Shown here in pieces: positions 40,254 to 51,441 of a stretch of 64,000 nucleotides of DNA. The stretch comes from Stutzerimonas stutzeri (GTDB taxonomy: Bacteria > Pseudomonadota > Gammaproteobacteria > Pseudomonadales > Pseudomonadaceae): positions 28,876 to 92,875 of the forward strand of contig DDKB01000019.1 of NCBI GenBank assembly GCA_002339675.1. Reading direction: 5' to 3'. A program made the position numbers and the translations under genes. The notes under the pieces were generated by a model. It did not search any database, was not told where the DNA came from, and saw only the letters and a list, made by a program, of their open reading frames with translations. The first letter of the stretch is position 1. Each line of letters opens with the position of its first letter.

Positions 40254-40847
40254 CTAGGCCAGGGCTGCTGCGTCCGCCACGCAGACGGCGAAGTTGTCCG
40301 CCAAAATGGTCATTTCCATGCGGTGCACCTCGGCGGCGGCAATCGCGCCGTCCCCCAGCGGTAGATCGCGTGTCGCGCACGCCTTGTCTACCAGGGTGCA
40401 CCGATAGCCATAGTCCTTGGCTGCACGAACCGTCGTGCTGACGCTGGAATGGGTCATGAAGCCGCAGACGATGAGGTCTAGGCGACCGTGCTGTTGCAGC
40501 AGTTCGTGCAGCTGCGTACCGGCGAAGGCGTTCGGCAATGTCTTGCCGATCACGGTTTCGCCTGGCAGTGGAGCGGCTTCCGGCATGATCTGGCCGCGGA
40601 AGCCCTGCGGATCAAACAATCCCCCGGGAATGCCCAGATGGTGCACGTGCACGACGGGCGCGCCCGCCGCACGGGCGGCGTCCAGCAACTGGCGGATCTC
40701 GCCGAGTGCCGGCTCGAGGCCGGGCAATGCCAGTGTCCCAGTCCGATATTCTTCCTGAACGTCGATGACCACCAGGGTCGCGTTAGCCAGGGTCGCCGGT
40801 GCATAACTGCGGCCACTGAGCTGAAGCATGGTCTGTGGCTTGGACAT
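40254..40847 (-). CDS. Isochorismatase-like cysteine hydrolase family protein
   Basis: LVVIDVQEEY, K..PNAF..T, GFMTHSSVSTT. Confidence 0.88.
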   Translation of the reverse strand: MSKPQTMLQLSGRSYAPATLANATLVVIDVQEEYRTGTLALPGLEPALGEIRQLLDAARAAGAPVVHVHHLGIPGGLFDPQGFRGQIMPEAAPLPGETVIGKTLPNAFAGTQLHELLQQHGRLDLIVCGFMTHSSVSTTVRAAKDYGYRCTLVDKACATRDLPLGDGAIAAAEVHRMEMTILADNFAVCVADAAALA

Positions 40848-41038
40848 GACTGACTCCTAGTTCTGAGAGGGGCCTGATTGTGGCGCCAGACGCGAGAGAT
40901 GTGAACCGCCGAAAGTAATGAATCGGTCATCCAGCGGGGCAGTGTTGGGCAATAGGCCAGCAGCGTGCAGCGCATTGCGCCGAGTCAGCCGCGGCGCCTT
41001 CGGCTAAACTTGCGGCCTTTTTCGACAGGAGATGCCTC

Positions 41039-41971
41039 GTGACCGCTTCGCCTTCCCGCCTGCGGACCCTGCGTGACTATATTCGCTGGGCCGTCAGTCG
41101 CTTCCACGAAGAGCAACTGTTCTTCGGTCATGGTACGGACAACGCCTGGGACGAGGCGCGGCAACTGGTGCTCGGCGCCTTGCACCTGCCCTGGGAGCTG
41201 GCCGACGGCTATCTGGATTGCCGCCTGGAGGACGACGAGCGCGAGCGCTTGCACGAGCTGTTGCTGCGCCGCATCCAGCAGCGCGTGCCGACGGCCTACC
41301 TGCTCGGGCAGGGATGGTTTTGCGGGCTGCCATTCGTGGTCGATGAGCGAGTGCTGATCCCGCGATCACCGATCGGCCAACTGATCGAGCGCCGTTTCGA
41401 ACCCTGGCTGGCCGCCGAGCCGGCACGGATCCTCGACCTCTGCACCGGCTCCGGCTGCATCGGCATCGCCTGCGCCTATGAGTTCCTCGAGGCCGAGGTG
41501 GTACTGGCCGACCTGTCGTTCGAGGCGCTGGAAGTGGCCAATCGCAATATCGAGCAGCACGGCCTCGACGAGCGCGTCTACACGGTGCAAAGCGATGGGT
41601 TCGACGGCTTGCCGAAGCAGCGGTTCGACCTGATCGTCTCCAACCCGCCCTATGTGGATGCCGAAGATTTCGCTGACATGCCTGCCGAGTTCCATCACGA
41701 GCCGGCACTGGGGCTGGCCTGTGGCAACGATGGCCTGGACCTGGTGCGCCGGCTGCTCGCCGAGGCGGCCGATCACCTGACCGAACAGGGCACGCTGGTG
41801 GTCGAGGTCGGCAACAGCCAGGTGCATGTGGAAGCGCTCTATCCCGAGGTCGATTTCACCTGGCTGGAGTTCTCCGAAGGGGGGCATGGCGTATTTCTGC
41901 TGAGTGCGCGTCAGTGCCGCGAGCACCAGGCGCTGTTCCGCGCGCGTCTCGACACGGGTGCCGGCCGCTAG
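41039..41971 (+). CDS. prmB: 50S ribosomal protein L3 glutamine methyltransferase
   Basis: [27 protein letters not shown]. Confidence 0.96.
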   Translation: MTASPSRLRTLRDYIRWAVSRFHEEQLFFGHGTDNAWDEARQLVLGALHLPWELADGYLDCRLEDDERERLHELLLRRIQQRVPTAYLLGQGWFCGLPFVVDERVLIPRSPIGQLIERRFEPWLAAEPARILDLCTGSGCIGIACAYEFLEAEVVLADLSFEALEVANRNIEQHGLDERVYTVQSDGFDGLPKQRFDLIVSNPPYVDAEDFADMPAEFHHEPALGLACGNDGLDLVRRLLAEAADHLTEQGTLVVEVGNSQVHVEALYPEVDFTWLEFSEGGHGVFLLSARQCREHQALFRARLDTGAGR

Positions 41972-41975
41972 ACGT

Positions 41976-42767
41976 TCAGCGCGTCGCGATCCAGATCAGC
42001 AGGCCCGCCTGGAACAGTGAGAACACGATCAGGCAGGCGATGGTGAACCTGAGGGTGCCGTCCTCGCGGCGCAGCCGGCTCACGCGCTCCTGCATGTCGC
42101 GCATGGCGGTTTCCTGTTCGAGAAGCTGACGGTCGGCCTGCTCCAGCATCGCGGCGGCGTTCTGCAGTTCGATGATCTGCACCTTTTCGTCATTCCAGTC
42201 GGGGCGTAGCGCGCTGACCCGGGGCACCGAATAGGTCGCCTTGAGCTGCTGGGGCTCGGGGTAGAGCACATCGAAGCCTTGACTCAGCAAGCAGTGGTCG
42301 CGCCGCAGCCGCATCTCTTCGCTCGTCACGTCTTTGGCCGGCAGGGCACCGCCCTCAACCAGGTAGTGCGCCCAACGCTTCTGCGCCCAAAGAATGCCCT
42401 GTGCCAGCAGGAAGCGCCCGAGGCCGCGGTTCGCTGGCTCCAGGTGCAGGCCGCTGTCGGGGCCGAATCGCAGTTCCTTGGCGCGGTGGTCGGCCCAAAG
42501 TTCCAGGACGTTGAGCTTTTTCGAAACCAGCTGGCCGGGAAGTCGAATCTGCAGGCGCAGCAGACTCTGTTGCGGGCTGTGGCGCTCCAGCTGCGCGAGC
42601 TCGACGAACCTGAGCGGCCGCGCGCCGCTGTCGCGGTCGGTGGGCAGCGGCGCCAGGCGCAGCAGCCGGAAGCGCTCGGGCGCGAGCTCGGCCCAGGGAT
42701 GCAGGAGCGGCTCTGCGGGCGCCGTGGCGGCCTCGGTGGCGTTCGGTGAAGTGGAAGGTTCGGTCAT
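41976..42767 (-). CDS. Hypothetical protein with C-terminal coiled coil and TM helix
   Basis: Probable start MTEPS; C-terminal TLRFTIACLIVFSLFQAGLLIW. Confidence 0.7.
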   Translation of the reverse strand: MTEPSTSPNATEAATAPAEPLLHPWAELAPERFRLLRLAPLPTDRDSGARPLRFVELAQLERHSPQQSLLRLQIRLPGQLVSKKLNVLELWADHRAKELRFGPDSGLHLEPANRGLGRFLLAQGILWAQKRWAHYLVEGGALPAKDVTSEEMRLRRDHCLLSQGFDVLYPEPQQLKATYSVPRVSALRPDWNDEKVQIIELQNAAAMLEQADRQLLEQETAMRDMQERVSRLRREDGTLRFTIACLIVFSLFQAGLLIWIATR

Positions 42768-42834
42768 GTTGGCATCCTGGGCCTGCGCGGTGGCGTCATT
42801 GCGGCAGGCAGGAGGCATATCGGCCGGGCCGGCG

Positions 42835-43797
42835 TTAACTGGAGGGCGGCAAGAGGCCGCGTTGGGCGAGAAATTGCGCTATTCGTGGCGCCAGAGCTTG
42901 GGCGATCGGCAGTTCGGCGCGGTTGTAGGACGCGGCTTGCGATGGGCCATCCATCGGCACGATACGCAGCACATGGTTCATCCCCTCGATCAGCGCCAGC
43001 GAGGCGTCGGGCCGTGCCTGTTGCAGAGTGCGCGCGTCGGCTGGTGAGACCTGGATGTCATGGGTGCCCTGCAGGATCAGCGCCGGCGCGGTGGTGCGGG
43101 CGAAGGCGGGGGCCGGGTCCTGCGCGAACAGCGAAATCAGGTAGGGCTGGACGCTCGGGCGAAACAGCACCTGCAGCGCGTCGGGCACCGCAGCGTGGCG
43201 GCGTCCGGCGGCCAGCTCGTCGATGAGATAGGACGCCGAGGCCAGCAAGGACGGTGGCAGGCGGCCCTGCAGCTGCTCGCGCAACAGCGCGTCGATGCGC
43301 CGCCCGCTGCCGGCCAGGCTGATCAGAGCGTCCGGCTGTACCTGCGGCTCGGCCAGGCTGGCGATCAACGCGCCTTCGCTGTGGCCGATCAGCACCAGTG
43401 CGCCGAAGCGCGGGTCGGCCTTGAGGCGAGCCGCCCAAGCGACGGCATCGCTCACGTAGCCGTCCAGGCGCAGTTGTTTTTCTTCGGGCGCGACCGCGCG
43501 GCTCGCGCCCACCCCGCGCTTGTCGTAGCGCAGGCTGGCCACGCCCTGCTTGGCCAGCGCCAGTGCCAGGCGCTTGAGGCTGTCGTTGTGGCCTTGCGGG
43601 TTATTGCCATTGCGGTCGGTCGGGCCGGAGCCGGCGATGAGCAGGGCGACCGGCAGCGGGGCATCGGATTTGGGCAGCAACAGGCTGCCGTGCAAGGTTC
43701 CGTCGGGTACCTCCAGGCGCCAGGACTGGTTCAGCAGGGTCAGCGCGTGTGCAGGGGACGCGAGCATGGTGACAAGGATCAGCAGAAGGATACGCAT
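42835..43797 (-). CDS. Secreted alpha/beta hydrolase
   Basis: Signal peptide; GSGPTDRNGN, RYDKRGVG, GHSEG, MNHVL. Confidence 0.88.
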   Translation of the reverse strand: MRILLLILVTMLASPAHALTLLNQSWRLEVPDGTLHGSLLLPKSDAPLPVALLIAGSGPTDRNGNNPQGHNDSLKRLALALAKQGVASLRYDKRGVGASRAVAPEEKQLRLDGYVSDAVAWAARLKADPRFGALVLIGHSEGALIASLAEPQVQPDALISLAGSGRRIDALLREQLQGRLPPSLLASASYLIDELAAGRRHAAVPDALQVLFRPSVQPYLISLFAQDPAPAFARTTAPALILQGTHDIQVSPADARTLQQARPDASLALIEGMNHVLRIVPMDGPSQAASYNRAELPIAQALAPRIAQFLAQRGLLPPSS

Positions 43798-43951
43798 GGG
43801 AGGGTTCGTTCACGGGCGAAGCGGTTAGGACGCGCCGCGAGCGTCCGGGTTCCAGCGAGCGCAGTATGCCGCGTGCCCGGGGGCGGTGAAACCCGCGGCG
43901 GCTCGGGTATACTGCCCGGCCCTGATTTTCGTCCGTCGCGGAGCGTCCTGC

Positions 43952-45043
43952 ATGTCCGGCAACACGTATGGCAAGCTGTTCACCGTCACCACCGCTGGTG
44001 AGAGCCATGGCCCGGCGCTGGTCGCCATCGTCGATGGCTGCCCGCCGGGGCTGGAGCTTTCGGCTGCCGACCTGCAGCGCGATCTCGACCGGCGCAAGCC
44101 CGGCACCAGCCGGCACACCACCCAGCGCAAGGAACCGGACGAGGTGGAGATCCTGTCCGGCGTCTTCGAAGGCCGCACCACCGGTTGCCCGATCGGCCTG
44201 TTGATCCGCAACACCGACCAGAAGTCCAAGGACTACTCGGCGATCAAGGATCAGTTCCGTCCGGCTCATGCGGACTACAGCTACCACCACAAGTACGGCC
44301 TGCGCGACTACCGTGGCGGCGGTCGCAGCTCGGCGCGCGAAACCGCCATGCGCGTCGCGGCCGGTGCCATCGCCAAGAAGTATCTGGCGACGCTGGGGAT
44401 CCAGGTGCGCGGCTACATGAGCCAGCTGGGGCCGATCGAGATCCCCTTCGTGACCTGGGACAGCATTGATCAGAATGTCTTCTTCAGCCCCGATCCGGAC
44501 AAGGTGCCGGAGCTCGAAGCCTACATGGACCAACTGCGCCGCGATCAGGATTCGGTGGGCGCCAAGATCACCGTGGTCGCCGAAGGCGTGCCGCCGGGCC
44601 TGGGCGAACCCGTGTTCGACCGCCTCGACGCTGAGCTGGCACATGCGCTGATGAGCATCAATGCGGTGAAGGGCGTTGAAATCGGCGCCGGCTTCGCCAG
44701 CGTCGCCCAGCGCGGCACCGAGCATCGGGACGAGATGACCCCGGAGGGTTTCCTGTCGAACAATGCCGGCGGCGTCCTCGGCGGCATTTCGTCGGGCCAG
44801 CCAATCGTCGCGCACCTGGCCCTCAAACCGACATCCAGCATCACCACGCCTGGGCGCTCCATCGATGTCGACGGCCAGCCGGTGGACGTCATCACCAAGG
44901 GCCGGCACGACCCCTGCGTGGGCATTCGCGCGACCCCGATCGCCGAGGCGATGATGGCCATCGTGCTGCTCGACCATCTGCTGCGCCACCGCGGCCAGAA
45001 TGCCGATGTGCTGGTCGGTACGCCGGTGTTGGGGCAGCTCTGA
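43952..45043 (+). CDS. aroC: Chorismate synthase
   Basis: [27 protein letters not shown]. Confidence 0.98.
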   Translation: MSGNTYGKLFTVTTAGESHGPALVAIVDGCPPGLELSAADLQRDLDRRKPGTSRHTTQRKEPDEVEILSGVFEGRTTGCPIGLLIRNTDQKSKDYSAIKDQFRPAHADYSYHHKYGLRDYRGGGRSSARETAMRVAAGAIAKKYLATLGIQVRGYMSQLGPIEIPFVTWDSIDQNVFFSPDPDKVPELEAYMDQLRRDQDSVGAKITVVAEGVPPGLGEPVFDRLDAELAHALMSINAVKGVEIGAGFASVAQRGTEHRDEMTPEGFLSNNAGGVLGGISSGQPIVAHLALKPTSSITTPGRSIDVDGQPVDVITKGRHDPCVGIRATPIAEAMMAIVLLDHLLRHRGQNADVLVGTPVLGQL

Positions 45044-45132
45044 GCCTGCAGCTGGGAGCCTAGCGCTGGAAACCGAGCAAAGCGCTCGGGGCCAGCATCA
45101 AGTCGCTTCGCTTCCAGCCCCTGGCGTCTCAC
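45044..45132. repeat. Degenerate heptameric tandem inverted repeat
   Basis: GCCTGCA GCTGGGA GCCTAGC GCTGGAA ACCGAGC ... TTCCAGC CCCTGGC GTCTCAC. Confidence 0.45.
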
Positions 45133-45134
45133 TT

Positions 45135-46286
45135 ATGGCCGCTTCCATCCCCTACTGGCGCCTGTCCGGCTTTTATTTCTGCTATTTCGCGTTGCTCGGC
45201 TCGACCGCGCCATTCCTTGGGCTGTATTTCGCCCACCTTGGTTTTTCCGCCGAGCGCATCGGCGAGCTGGTGGCCATCCCCATGCTGATGCGCTGCCTGG
45301 CGCCGAGCCTGTGGGGTTGGCTTGGCGACGTCTCCGGCCGGCGCCTGGCGATTGTTCGCATCGGCGCGCTGTGCACGTTGCTCTCGTTCAGCCTGATCTT
45401 CATCAGCCAGCGCTACGCCTGGCTGGCCCTGGTGATGGCCTTGCACGCGTTCTTCTGGCACGCCGTGCTGCCTCAGTTCGAGGTCATCACCCTGGCGCAC
45501 CTGCGCGAGCAGGCCGCTCGCTACAGCCAGGTTCGCCTGTGGGGCAGCATCGGCTTCATTGCCGCGGTGGTTGGCCTGGGTGTGCTGTTCGAGCGCCAGG
45601 GGTTGGCGATCTACCCGGCCGCGGTCATGGTCGTCATGACCGGCATCGTCATCAGCAGCGCCTGGGTGCCCAATGCCGTGCCGGTGGAACGACCGGGGCT
45701 GGACGGGCAGGGCGGTTTTCTCCGTCAGCTGTGCCGTCCCGGGGTGTTGGCCTTCTTTGTCTGCGTCGGGCTGATGCAGGTCAGCCACGGGCCCTACTAC
45801 ACTTTCTTCACTATTCACCTCGAGGCGCTTGGCTATGGCCGCGGCACGATCGGCCTGCTGTGGGCGCTGGGGGTGGTCGCCGAGATCCTGTTGTTTCTCG
45901 TGATGAAGGGGCTGCTGGCGCGGTTTTCGCTGCGTCAGGTGCTGACGGCGAGCTTTCTGTTGGCAGCGCTGCGCTGGTTACTGCTCGGCGCGCTGGCCGA
46001 TCACCTGGGCGTGCTCCTGTTCGCGCAACTGCTGCACGCGGCGACCTTCGGCAGCTTCCATGCTGCGGCCATCCATTTCGTCCAGCACAGTTTCGGCCAT
46101 CGCCAGCAGGGCCAGGGGCAGGCCCTCTACGCCACGCTTGCCGGTGTAGGCGGAGCGCTCGGCGCGCTGTATTCGGGCTACAGCTGGGCGAGCCTCGGGC
46201 CGCTGGCGACCTTTGCCATCGCCAGCGTCGCGGCTCTGGCTGCAGCCGTTATCATGGCCATCCCCCTGCAGGAGAAACAGGCATGA
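45135..46286 (+). CDS. MFS transporter
   Basis: About 12 hydrophobic segments; RLWGSIGF; start MAASIPYW. Confidence 0.88.
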   Translation: MAASIPYWRLSGFYFCYFALLGSTAPFLGLYFAHLGFSAERIGELVAIPMLMRCLAPSLWGWLGDVSGRRLAIVRIGALCTLLSFSLIFISQRYAWLALVMALHAFFWHAVLPQFEVITLAHLREQAARYSQVRLWGSIGFIAAVVGLGVLFERQGLAIYPAAVMVVMTGIVISSAWVPNAVPVERPGLDGQGGFLRQLCRPGVLAFFVCVGLMQVSHGPYYTFFTIHLEALGYGRGTIGLLWALGVVAEILLFLVMKGLLARFSLRQVLTASFLLAALRWLLLGALADHLGVLLFAQLLHAATFGSFHAAAIHFVQHSFGHRQQGQGQALYATLAGVGGALGALYSGYSWASLGPLATFAIASVAALAAAVIMAIPLQEKQA

Positions 46287-46903
46287 CCGCCACCCGTGAA
46301 CACTTGGCGCAGGCCATCATCGATGCTGGCCGCTTTCTGTACGACCGCGGCTGGTCGCCGGCGACCAGCAGCAATTACTCCGCACGTCTGAACAGCGCAG
46401 AGCTGCTGCTCACCGTTTCCGGCAAGCACAAAGGGCAGCTCACGCCGGACGAACTGCTCGCGGTCGACATGAACGGGCAGAGCCTCGAGCCTGACAAGAA
46501 GCCCTCTGCCGAAACCCTGCTGCACACCCAGCTGTATCGTTGGAAGCCGGAAATCGGCGCGGTGCTGCATACCCATTCGGTCAACGCCACGGTACTGTCG
46601 CGGGTCTGCCTCAGTGATTCGCTGGTGTTCGCCGACTATGAGCTGCAAAAAGCGTTCAGCGGTATCGTCACGCACGAATCCCAGGTGCTGGTGCCGATTT
46701 TCGACAACGACCAGGACATCGGGCGGCTCGCCTCGCGCGTCCAGCCCTGGCTCGAAGAGCATCCCGATTGCGTCGGCTACCTGATCCGCGGGCATGGCCT
46801 CTACACCTGGGGCGCGCGCATGAGCGACGCCCTGCGGCAGATCGAGGCGTTCGAGTTCCTCTTCGAATGCGAGCTGAAGATGCGCGCGCTGCAGCGTCAC
46901 TGA
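46283..46903 (+). CDS. mtnB: Methylthioribulose-1-phosphate dehydratase
   Basis: GWSPATSSNYS, KPSAETLLH, LHTHS, GHGLYTWG. Confidence 0.95.
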   Translation: MTATREHLAQAIIDAGRFLYDRGWSPATSSNYSARLNSAELLLTVSGKHKGQLTPDELLAVDMNGQSLEPDKKPSAETLLHTQLYRWKPEIGAVLHTHSVNATVLSRVCLSDSLVFADYELQKAFSGIVTHESQVLVPIFDNDQDIGRLASRVQPWLEEHPDCVGYLIRGHGLYTWGARMSDALRQIEAFEFLFECELKMRALQRH

Positions 46904-46979
46904 CCGGCGCCTGCGCACCCGCAGCAACCGAACCACCCAAGACGAGCCGGTGTCAGCGACCCGGCGGGAGACCATCGAC

Positions 46980-47528
46980 ATGAGCATCCTCAGCGTTTAC
47001 CAGGACACCGCCCCCGAGCAGCCACTCAAGGTTCTTACCCACGTGGGGGATATTGCGGCCACCTTGGCCGACGTCGGCGTGCGGCTCGAGCGCTGGGAGG
47101 CCGATGCCCCGATCCCGGCCGGCGCGAGCCCCGAAGCGGTGATCGCGGCCTATCGCCCCCAGATCGACCGCCTGATGCAGGAGCGCGGCTATGTGACCGT
47201 CGACGTGATCAGCCTCACCAGCGATCACCCGCAGAAGGCCGAGCTGCGCGCCAAGTTTCTCGACGAACACCGCCACGCCGAGGATGAGGTGCGATTTTTC
47301 GTGGCAGGCCGCGGGCTGTTCACCCTGCACATCGAGGACAAGGTCTACGCCGTGCTCTGCGAGAAAAACGACCTGATCTCGGTGCCTGCCGGTACGCGTC
47401 ACTGGTTCGACATGGGCGAGCACCCGCATTTCGTCGCGATACGCCTGTTCAACAACCCCGAAGGCTGGGTCGCCCAGTTCACCGGTGAATCGATCGCCGG
47501 CCGGTTCCCGCGGCTGGAGGATTTCTGA
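46980..47528 (+). CDS. mtnD: Acireductone dioxygenase
   Basis: [24 protein letters not shown]. Confidence 0.95.
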   Translation: MSILSVYQDTAPEQPLKVLTHVGDIAATLADVGVRLERWEADAPIPAGASPEAVIAAYRPQIDRLMQERGYVTVDVISLTSDHPQKAELRAKFLDEHRHAEDEVRFFVAGRGLFTLHIEDKVYAVLCEKNDLISVPAGTRHWFDMGEHPHFVAIRLFNNPEGWVAQFTGESIAGRFPRLEDF

Positions 47529-48211
47529 TGCCGATCGAGGCCATCCTGACCGATATCGAGGGCACCACCAGCTCGGTGAGTTTCGTTTTTGACGTGCTGT
47601 TTCCCTTTGCCAGGGCTCACCTTCCGGCCTACGTAAGGGCGCACGCCGATGATCCGGCCGTCCAGGCGCAGCTGAACGCGGTACGTGCCGAAAGCGGCGA
47701 GCCGGGGGCGGGCACGGAGCGATTGCTCGAGATCCTGCTCGAGTGGATGGCCGCCGACCGCAAGGCCACGCCATTGAAAGCCTTGCAGGGCATGGTCTGG
47801 GCGGAGGGCTACCGTGCCGGCCAACTCAAGGGGCACGTCTACCCGGACGCGGTGGCGGCGCTGCAACGCTGGCATGAGCAGGGCTATGCGCTCTATGTCT
47901 ATTCGTCCGGCTCGGTGCAGGCGCAGAAGCTGATCTTCGGCTGCGCCGAGGTGGGCGATCTGACACCGCTGTTCTCCGGCTATTTCGACACCGGCGTTGG
48001 GCACAAACGCGAGGCGGCATCTTATAGGCGGATTGCCGAATCCATCGGGCTTCCCGCGCAGCGGGTGCTGTTCCTGTCCGATGTGGCCGAGGAGCTGGAC
48101 GCCGCGCGGGCGGCCGGCATGAAGACGTGCGGGCTGGGCCGGGACGGCCAGTCGCTCGGCGGCCATCGCACTGTCAGCGAATTCGGCGCCATCGACCCCA
48201 CCGCGGCCTGA
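47528..48211 (+). CDS. mtnC: Enolase-phosphatase E1 (acireductone synthase)
   Basis: [29 protein letters not shown]. Confidence 0.95.
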   Translation: MPIEAILTDIEGTTSSVSFVFDVLFPFARAHLPAYVRAHADDPAVQAQLNAVRAESGEPGAGTERLLEILLEWMAADRKATPLKALQGMVWAEGYRAGQLKGHVYPDAVAALQRWHEQGYALYVYSSGSVQAQKLIFGCAEVGDLTPLFSGYFDTGVGHKREAASYRRIAESIGLPAQRVLFLSDVAEELDAARAAGMKTCGLGRDGQSLGGHRTVSEFGAIDPTAA

Positions 48212-48281
48212 GGCGCCGATACTGAACCCTCGGCGTTGCCCGGCATCCTAATGGAGAACCCCAGCAAACCTGGAGCCTGTC

Positions 48282-48479
48282 ATGACCGATGCCTTCGGCG
48301 GTATTTTTGGCCTGCTGATCCTTGCACTGGATATCTGGGCCATCGTGAGCGTATTGCGCAGCGACAGCACGACCGGCAAGAAAGCCCTGTGGGTCCTGCT
48401 GATCGTCATCCTGCCGGTTCTCGGCCTGATCATCTGGGGCATCATGGGGCCACGTGGCAATCGCCCCGGCGTCGCCTGA
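48282..48479 (+). CDS. PLDc N-terminal-like small membrane protein
   Basis: LDIWAIVSV...KALWVLLIVILPVLGLIIW. Confidence 0.8.
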   Translation: MTDAFGGIFGLLILALDIWAIVSVLRSDSTTGKKALWVLLIVILPVLGLIIWGIMGPRGNRPGVA

Positions 48480-48494
48480 CCTGGGGCGCTCGTC

Positions 48495-48689
48495 GTGCTC
48501 GAGACCTTGAGCGGCCTGGTCGCGCTGCTGGTCCTGCTGCTGGACATCCTGGCCGTGGTGCAGGTCTGGCGCAGCCGGATCGAGACTGGCCGCAAGATCA
48601 TCTGGAGTCTGGTCATCGTGCTGCTGCCGGTGGTCGGCCTGGTCATGTGGTTCGTCGCGGCTGGCTCACGGGCGAAGGCACGGCTGTAG
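48495..48689 (+). CDS. PLDc N-terminal-like small membrane protein (paralogue)
   Basis: LDILAVVQV...KIIWSLVIVLLPVVGLVMW. Confidence 0.75.
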   Translation: MLETLSGLVALLVLLLDILAVVQVWRSRIETGRKIIWSLVIVLLPVVGLVMWFVAAGSRAKARL

Positions 48690-49261
48690 TGCTGGCGTGG
48701 GCGCTTGTCCTGGTCGCTGCGCCCTGGTTGACTGGCGCGCAGGCAGCCGTGGCACAGAGCGAGGCGTGGACGGCCTTGCGCAGCGGCCAGGCGGTGCTCC
48801 TGCTGCGCCATGCGTCCGCACCGGGGACCGGTGATCCAGCGAACTTTGTACTGGAAGACTGTTCGACCCAGCGCAATCTCAGCGAGCAGGGTCGCGCCGA
48901 GGCGCAACGATGGGGCGAACTGCTCCGACGGCAGGGCATCACCAGCGCGCGGTTGCTGAGCAGTCGCTGGTGCCGCGCGCTGGAGACCGCGCGGCGGTTG
49001 AACCTTGGTCAGGTTGAACCGCTGCCACTGCTCGACTCGTTCTATGCAGGTGCTGGCGACCGCAACCTTCAGACCGCCGCGTTACGTCGCTTTCTCGAGG
49101 CTCCGTCCGCTGACGGCCCCGTGATCCTGGTCACCCATCAGGTCAATATCACGGCGCTGACGGGGGTTTTCCCGCGCTCGGGTGAGGGGCTCATCCTGCG
49201 CGTGCCGATCACTGATCCGGTCCAGATGCTGGCGCGCATTGCGCCGCCGGACCCCGACTGA
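48689..49261 (+). CDS. Histidine phosphatase family protein, probably exported
   Basis: Signal-like N-terminus; LLRHA, RNLSEQG, SSRWCRALET, LVTHQ; start uncertain. Confidence 0.8.
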   Translation: MLAWALVLVAAPWLTGAQAAVAQSEAWTALRSGQAVLLLRHASAPGTGDPANFVLEDCSTQRNLSEQGRAEAQRWGELLRRQGITSARLLSSRWCRALETARRLNLGQVEPLPLLDSFYAGAGDRNLQTAALRRFLEAPSADGPVILVTHQVNITALTGVFPRSGEGLILRVPITDPVQMLARIAPPDPD

Positions 49262-50144
49262 TCGGCGCCTGGGCGCGTGCGTAATCCTGCCAGATGTGTA
49301 TTGCGGCATAGGCGCGCCAGGGCCGCCAGGCCTCGGCGCGTCCGAGCAGCGCTTTCGCGCTGAGGCCACCGGGGCCCCACAGCGGCGCCTTCATCAGTCC
49401 GAGGTCGGCGGCGGGAAAGGCGTCAGCCTCGCCGAAGCCCCGCAGGGCGATGTATTGCGCAGTCCACGGCCCGATTCCGGGGAGTTCGCAGAGCCGCGCG
49501 ACCAGATCATCCGCGCCCTGATCGGTGTGCAAGGCCAGTGCGCCGTCGGCCACCGCAACGGCCAGCCGTTGCAGCGTGGCGACCCGCCGGGTCGGCATGC
49601 CGATCTTTTCCAGATTTCCCTGCGCAACCGCTTGCGGCGTTGGAAACAGCCGGCACAGGCCGTCTGGGGCGGCGTCCGGTAGCGCTTCGCTCAGCCGTTC
49701 GATCAGGCGCCGGGCGATGGTTACGGCGGCCTTGACCGACACCTGCTGGCCGATGATGGCGCGCACGGCCAGCTCGAACGGATCGAACGCACTCGGCAGG
49801 CGCAGCCCGGGCTCCAGCGCGACACGCGGCCCCAGTTCTGTGTCGCCGGCGAAATGAGCGGCCAGTACCGCCGGGTCGGTCGCCAGGTCGAACATTTGCG
49901 TCACCCGCCGGGCCAGCGCCTGCGCCTGGGCGGCCAGCGAATCGCTGATGCTCAGCTCCAGGCAGTCGGCATCAAGGGCCGGCGTCACGCTTATCCAGCC
50001 GGTTCGTTGTGCCAGCCGAACGCTGCGGCTGTAGCGATCGGGCGTCAGCGCCTCCACCCCGGGAAGCAGGCGCAGGGCGAAGTACTGGTGGAATTGCGCC
50101 CAGTGCCAGGGGGCGACATAGGGAAGCGACAGGGACGATGCCAT
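49209..50144 (-). CDS. alkA: DNA-3-methyladenine glycosylase II (AlkA family)
   Basis: AlkA N-domain; IIGQQVS, LPGIGPWTA (HhH), DAFPAADLG, WRPWRAYA. Confidence 0.9.
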   Translation of the reverse strand: MASSLSLPYVAPWHWAQFHQYFALRLLPGVEALTPDRYSRSVRLAQRTGWISVTPALDADCLELSISDSLAAQAQALARRVTQMFDLATDPAVLAAHFAGDTELGPRVALEPGLRLPSAFDPFELAVRAIIGQQVSVKAAVTIARRLIERLSEALPDAAPDGLCRLFPTPQAVAQGNLEKIGMPTRRVATLQRLAVAVADGALALHTDQGADDLVARLCELPGIGPWTAQYIALRGFGEADAFPAADLGLMKAPLWGPGGLSAKALLGRAEAWRPWRAYAAIHIWQDYARAQAPISRGPAAQCAPASGPDQ

Positions 50145-50304
50145 GGCTGAACCATAGCCACCGTCGATGGGCTTGTCTTCACCAGGTTGGCTTTCAAACC
50201 CACGTGGTTCCCCCTGTCATGAGACCAAAGTAGAATGCGCCTCTTTGCCAACTGGGCGGCAGGCGCGGCTGCTGCCCTTACGCGATCCATCAGGGAGACA
50301 CCCC

Positions 50305-51165
50305 ATGAGCGACTATCAGGAAACTCTCTACGAGGGATACGGCCAGCGATTCGCGATCGACCGCATGCTGCATGAGGTGCGCACCGAGCATCAGCATCTG
50401 GTGATCTTCGAGAATGCCCGCATGGGCCGGGTCATGGCGCTCGATGGCGTGATCCAGACCACCGAGGCGGACGAATTCATCTATCACGAGATGCTGACCC
50501 ATGTGCCGATCCTCGCCCATGGCCTGGCGCGGCGGGTATTGATCATTGGTGGCGGCGACGGCGGCATGCTGCGCGAGGTGGCCAAGCACCGTGATGTCGA
50601 GAGCATCACCATGGTCGAGATCGACGGCACCGTCGTGGAAATGTGCAAGGAGTTCCTGCCGGAGCATTCGAAGGGCGCTTTCGAGGATCCGCGGCTGAAC
50701 CTGGTGATCGACGACGGCATGCGCTTCGTCTCGACCACCGAGGAAAAGTTCGATGTGATCATTTCCGACTCGACCGATCCGATCGGGCCGGGCGAGGTGC
50801 TGTTTTCGGAGAACTTCTACCAGGCCTGCCGTCGCTGCCTCAACGATGGCGGCATCCTGGTGACGCAGAACGGCACGCCGTTCATGCAGCTCGGCGAAGT
50901 GCAGACCACCGCCAGGCGCATGACCGGGCTTTTCCCGGACTGGCATTTCTACCAGGCCGCCGTGCCAACCTACATCGGTGGCGCCATGACCTTCGCCTGG
51001 GGCGCCTGCGACGTGAGCAGCCGCAAGGTGTCGCTGGAAACCCTGTGTCAGCGGTTCGCTGGCAGCGGGATCGTCACCCGTTACTACAACCCGCACGTGC
51101 ATCTGGGCGCGTTCGCGCTGCCGCAGTACGTCCTGCAGGCGATCAGCAAGCCCAGCAACGACTGA
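50305..51165 (+). CDS. speE: Spermidine synthase
   Basis: [30 protein letters not shown]. Confidence 0.96.
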   Translation: MSDYQETLYEGYGQRFAIDRMLHEVRTEHQHLVIFENARMGRVMALDGVIQTTEADEFIYHEMLTHVPILAHGLARRVLIIGGGDGGMLREVAKHRDVESITMVEIDGTVVEMCKEFLPEHSKGAFEDPRLNLVIDDGMRFVSTTEEKFDVIISDSTDPIGPGEVLFSENFYQACRRCLNDGGILVTQNGTPFMQLGEVQTTARRMTGLFPDWHFYQAAVPTYIGGAMTFAWGACDVSSRKVSLETLCQRFAGSGIVTRYYNPHVHLGAFALPQYVLQAISKPSND

Positions 51166-51441
51166 GTGCAGCGATGGGCAGCCGTCCGGTCCCCGGCGCG
51201 GCAGCCGGGCCGGTCGATCGATCACCCTGTTCGGTTGTCCATTGCAGTACGCCCCTAATGGCCGTATGTTCGAAGAGCGTCCCGGCGGGGCGTCGTCGAG
51301 CCGCCATGACCGGTCGCGATCATCGCAGTGCCTGCCACATCCCTTTCCACGCGGCCGTCTGGCCGGTCCAGTACGACGAGGTTCGAGCAAAAGGCGTCCC
51401 ATTCCTGAAATCGTCATCCATGAGTGCGAGGAGGTTGTTTT

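Noticed and set aside
46283..51165. mtnBDC/speE clustering as a new pathway
   Set aside because: Standard methionine salvage and polyamine genes
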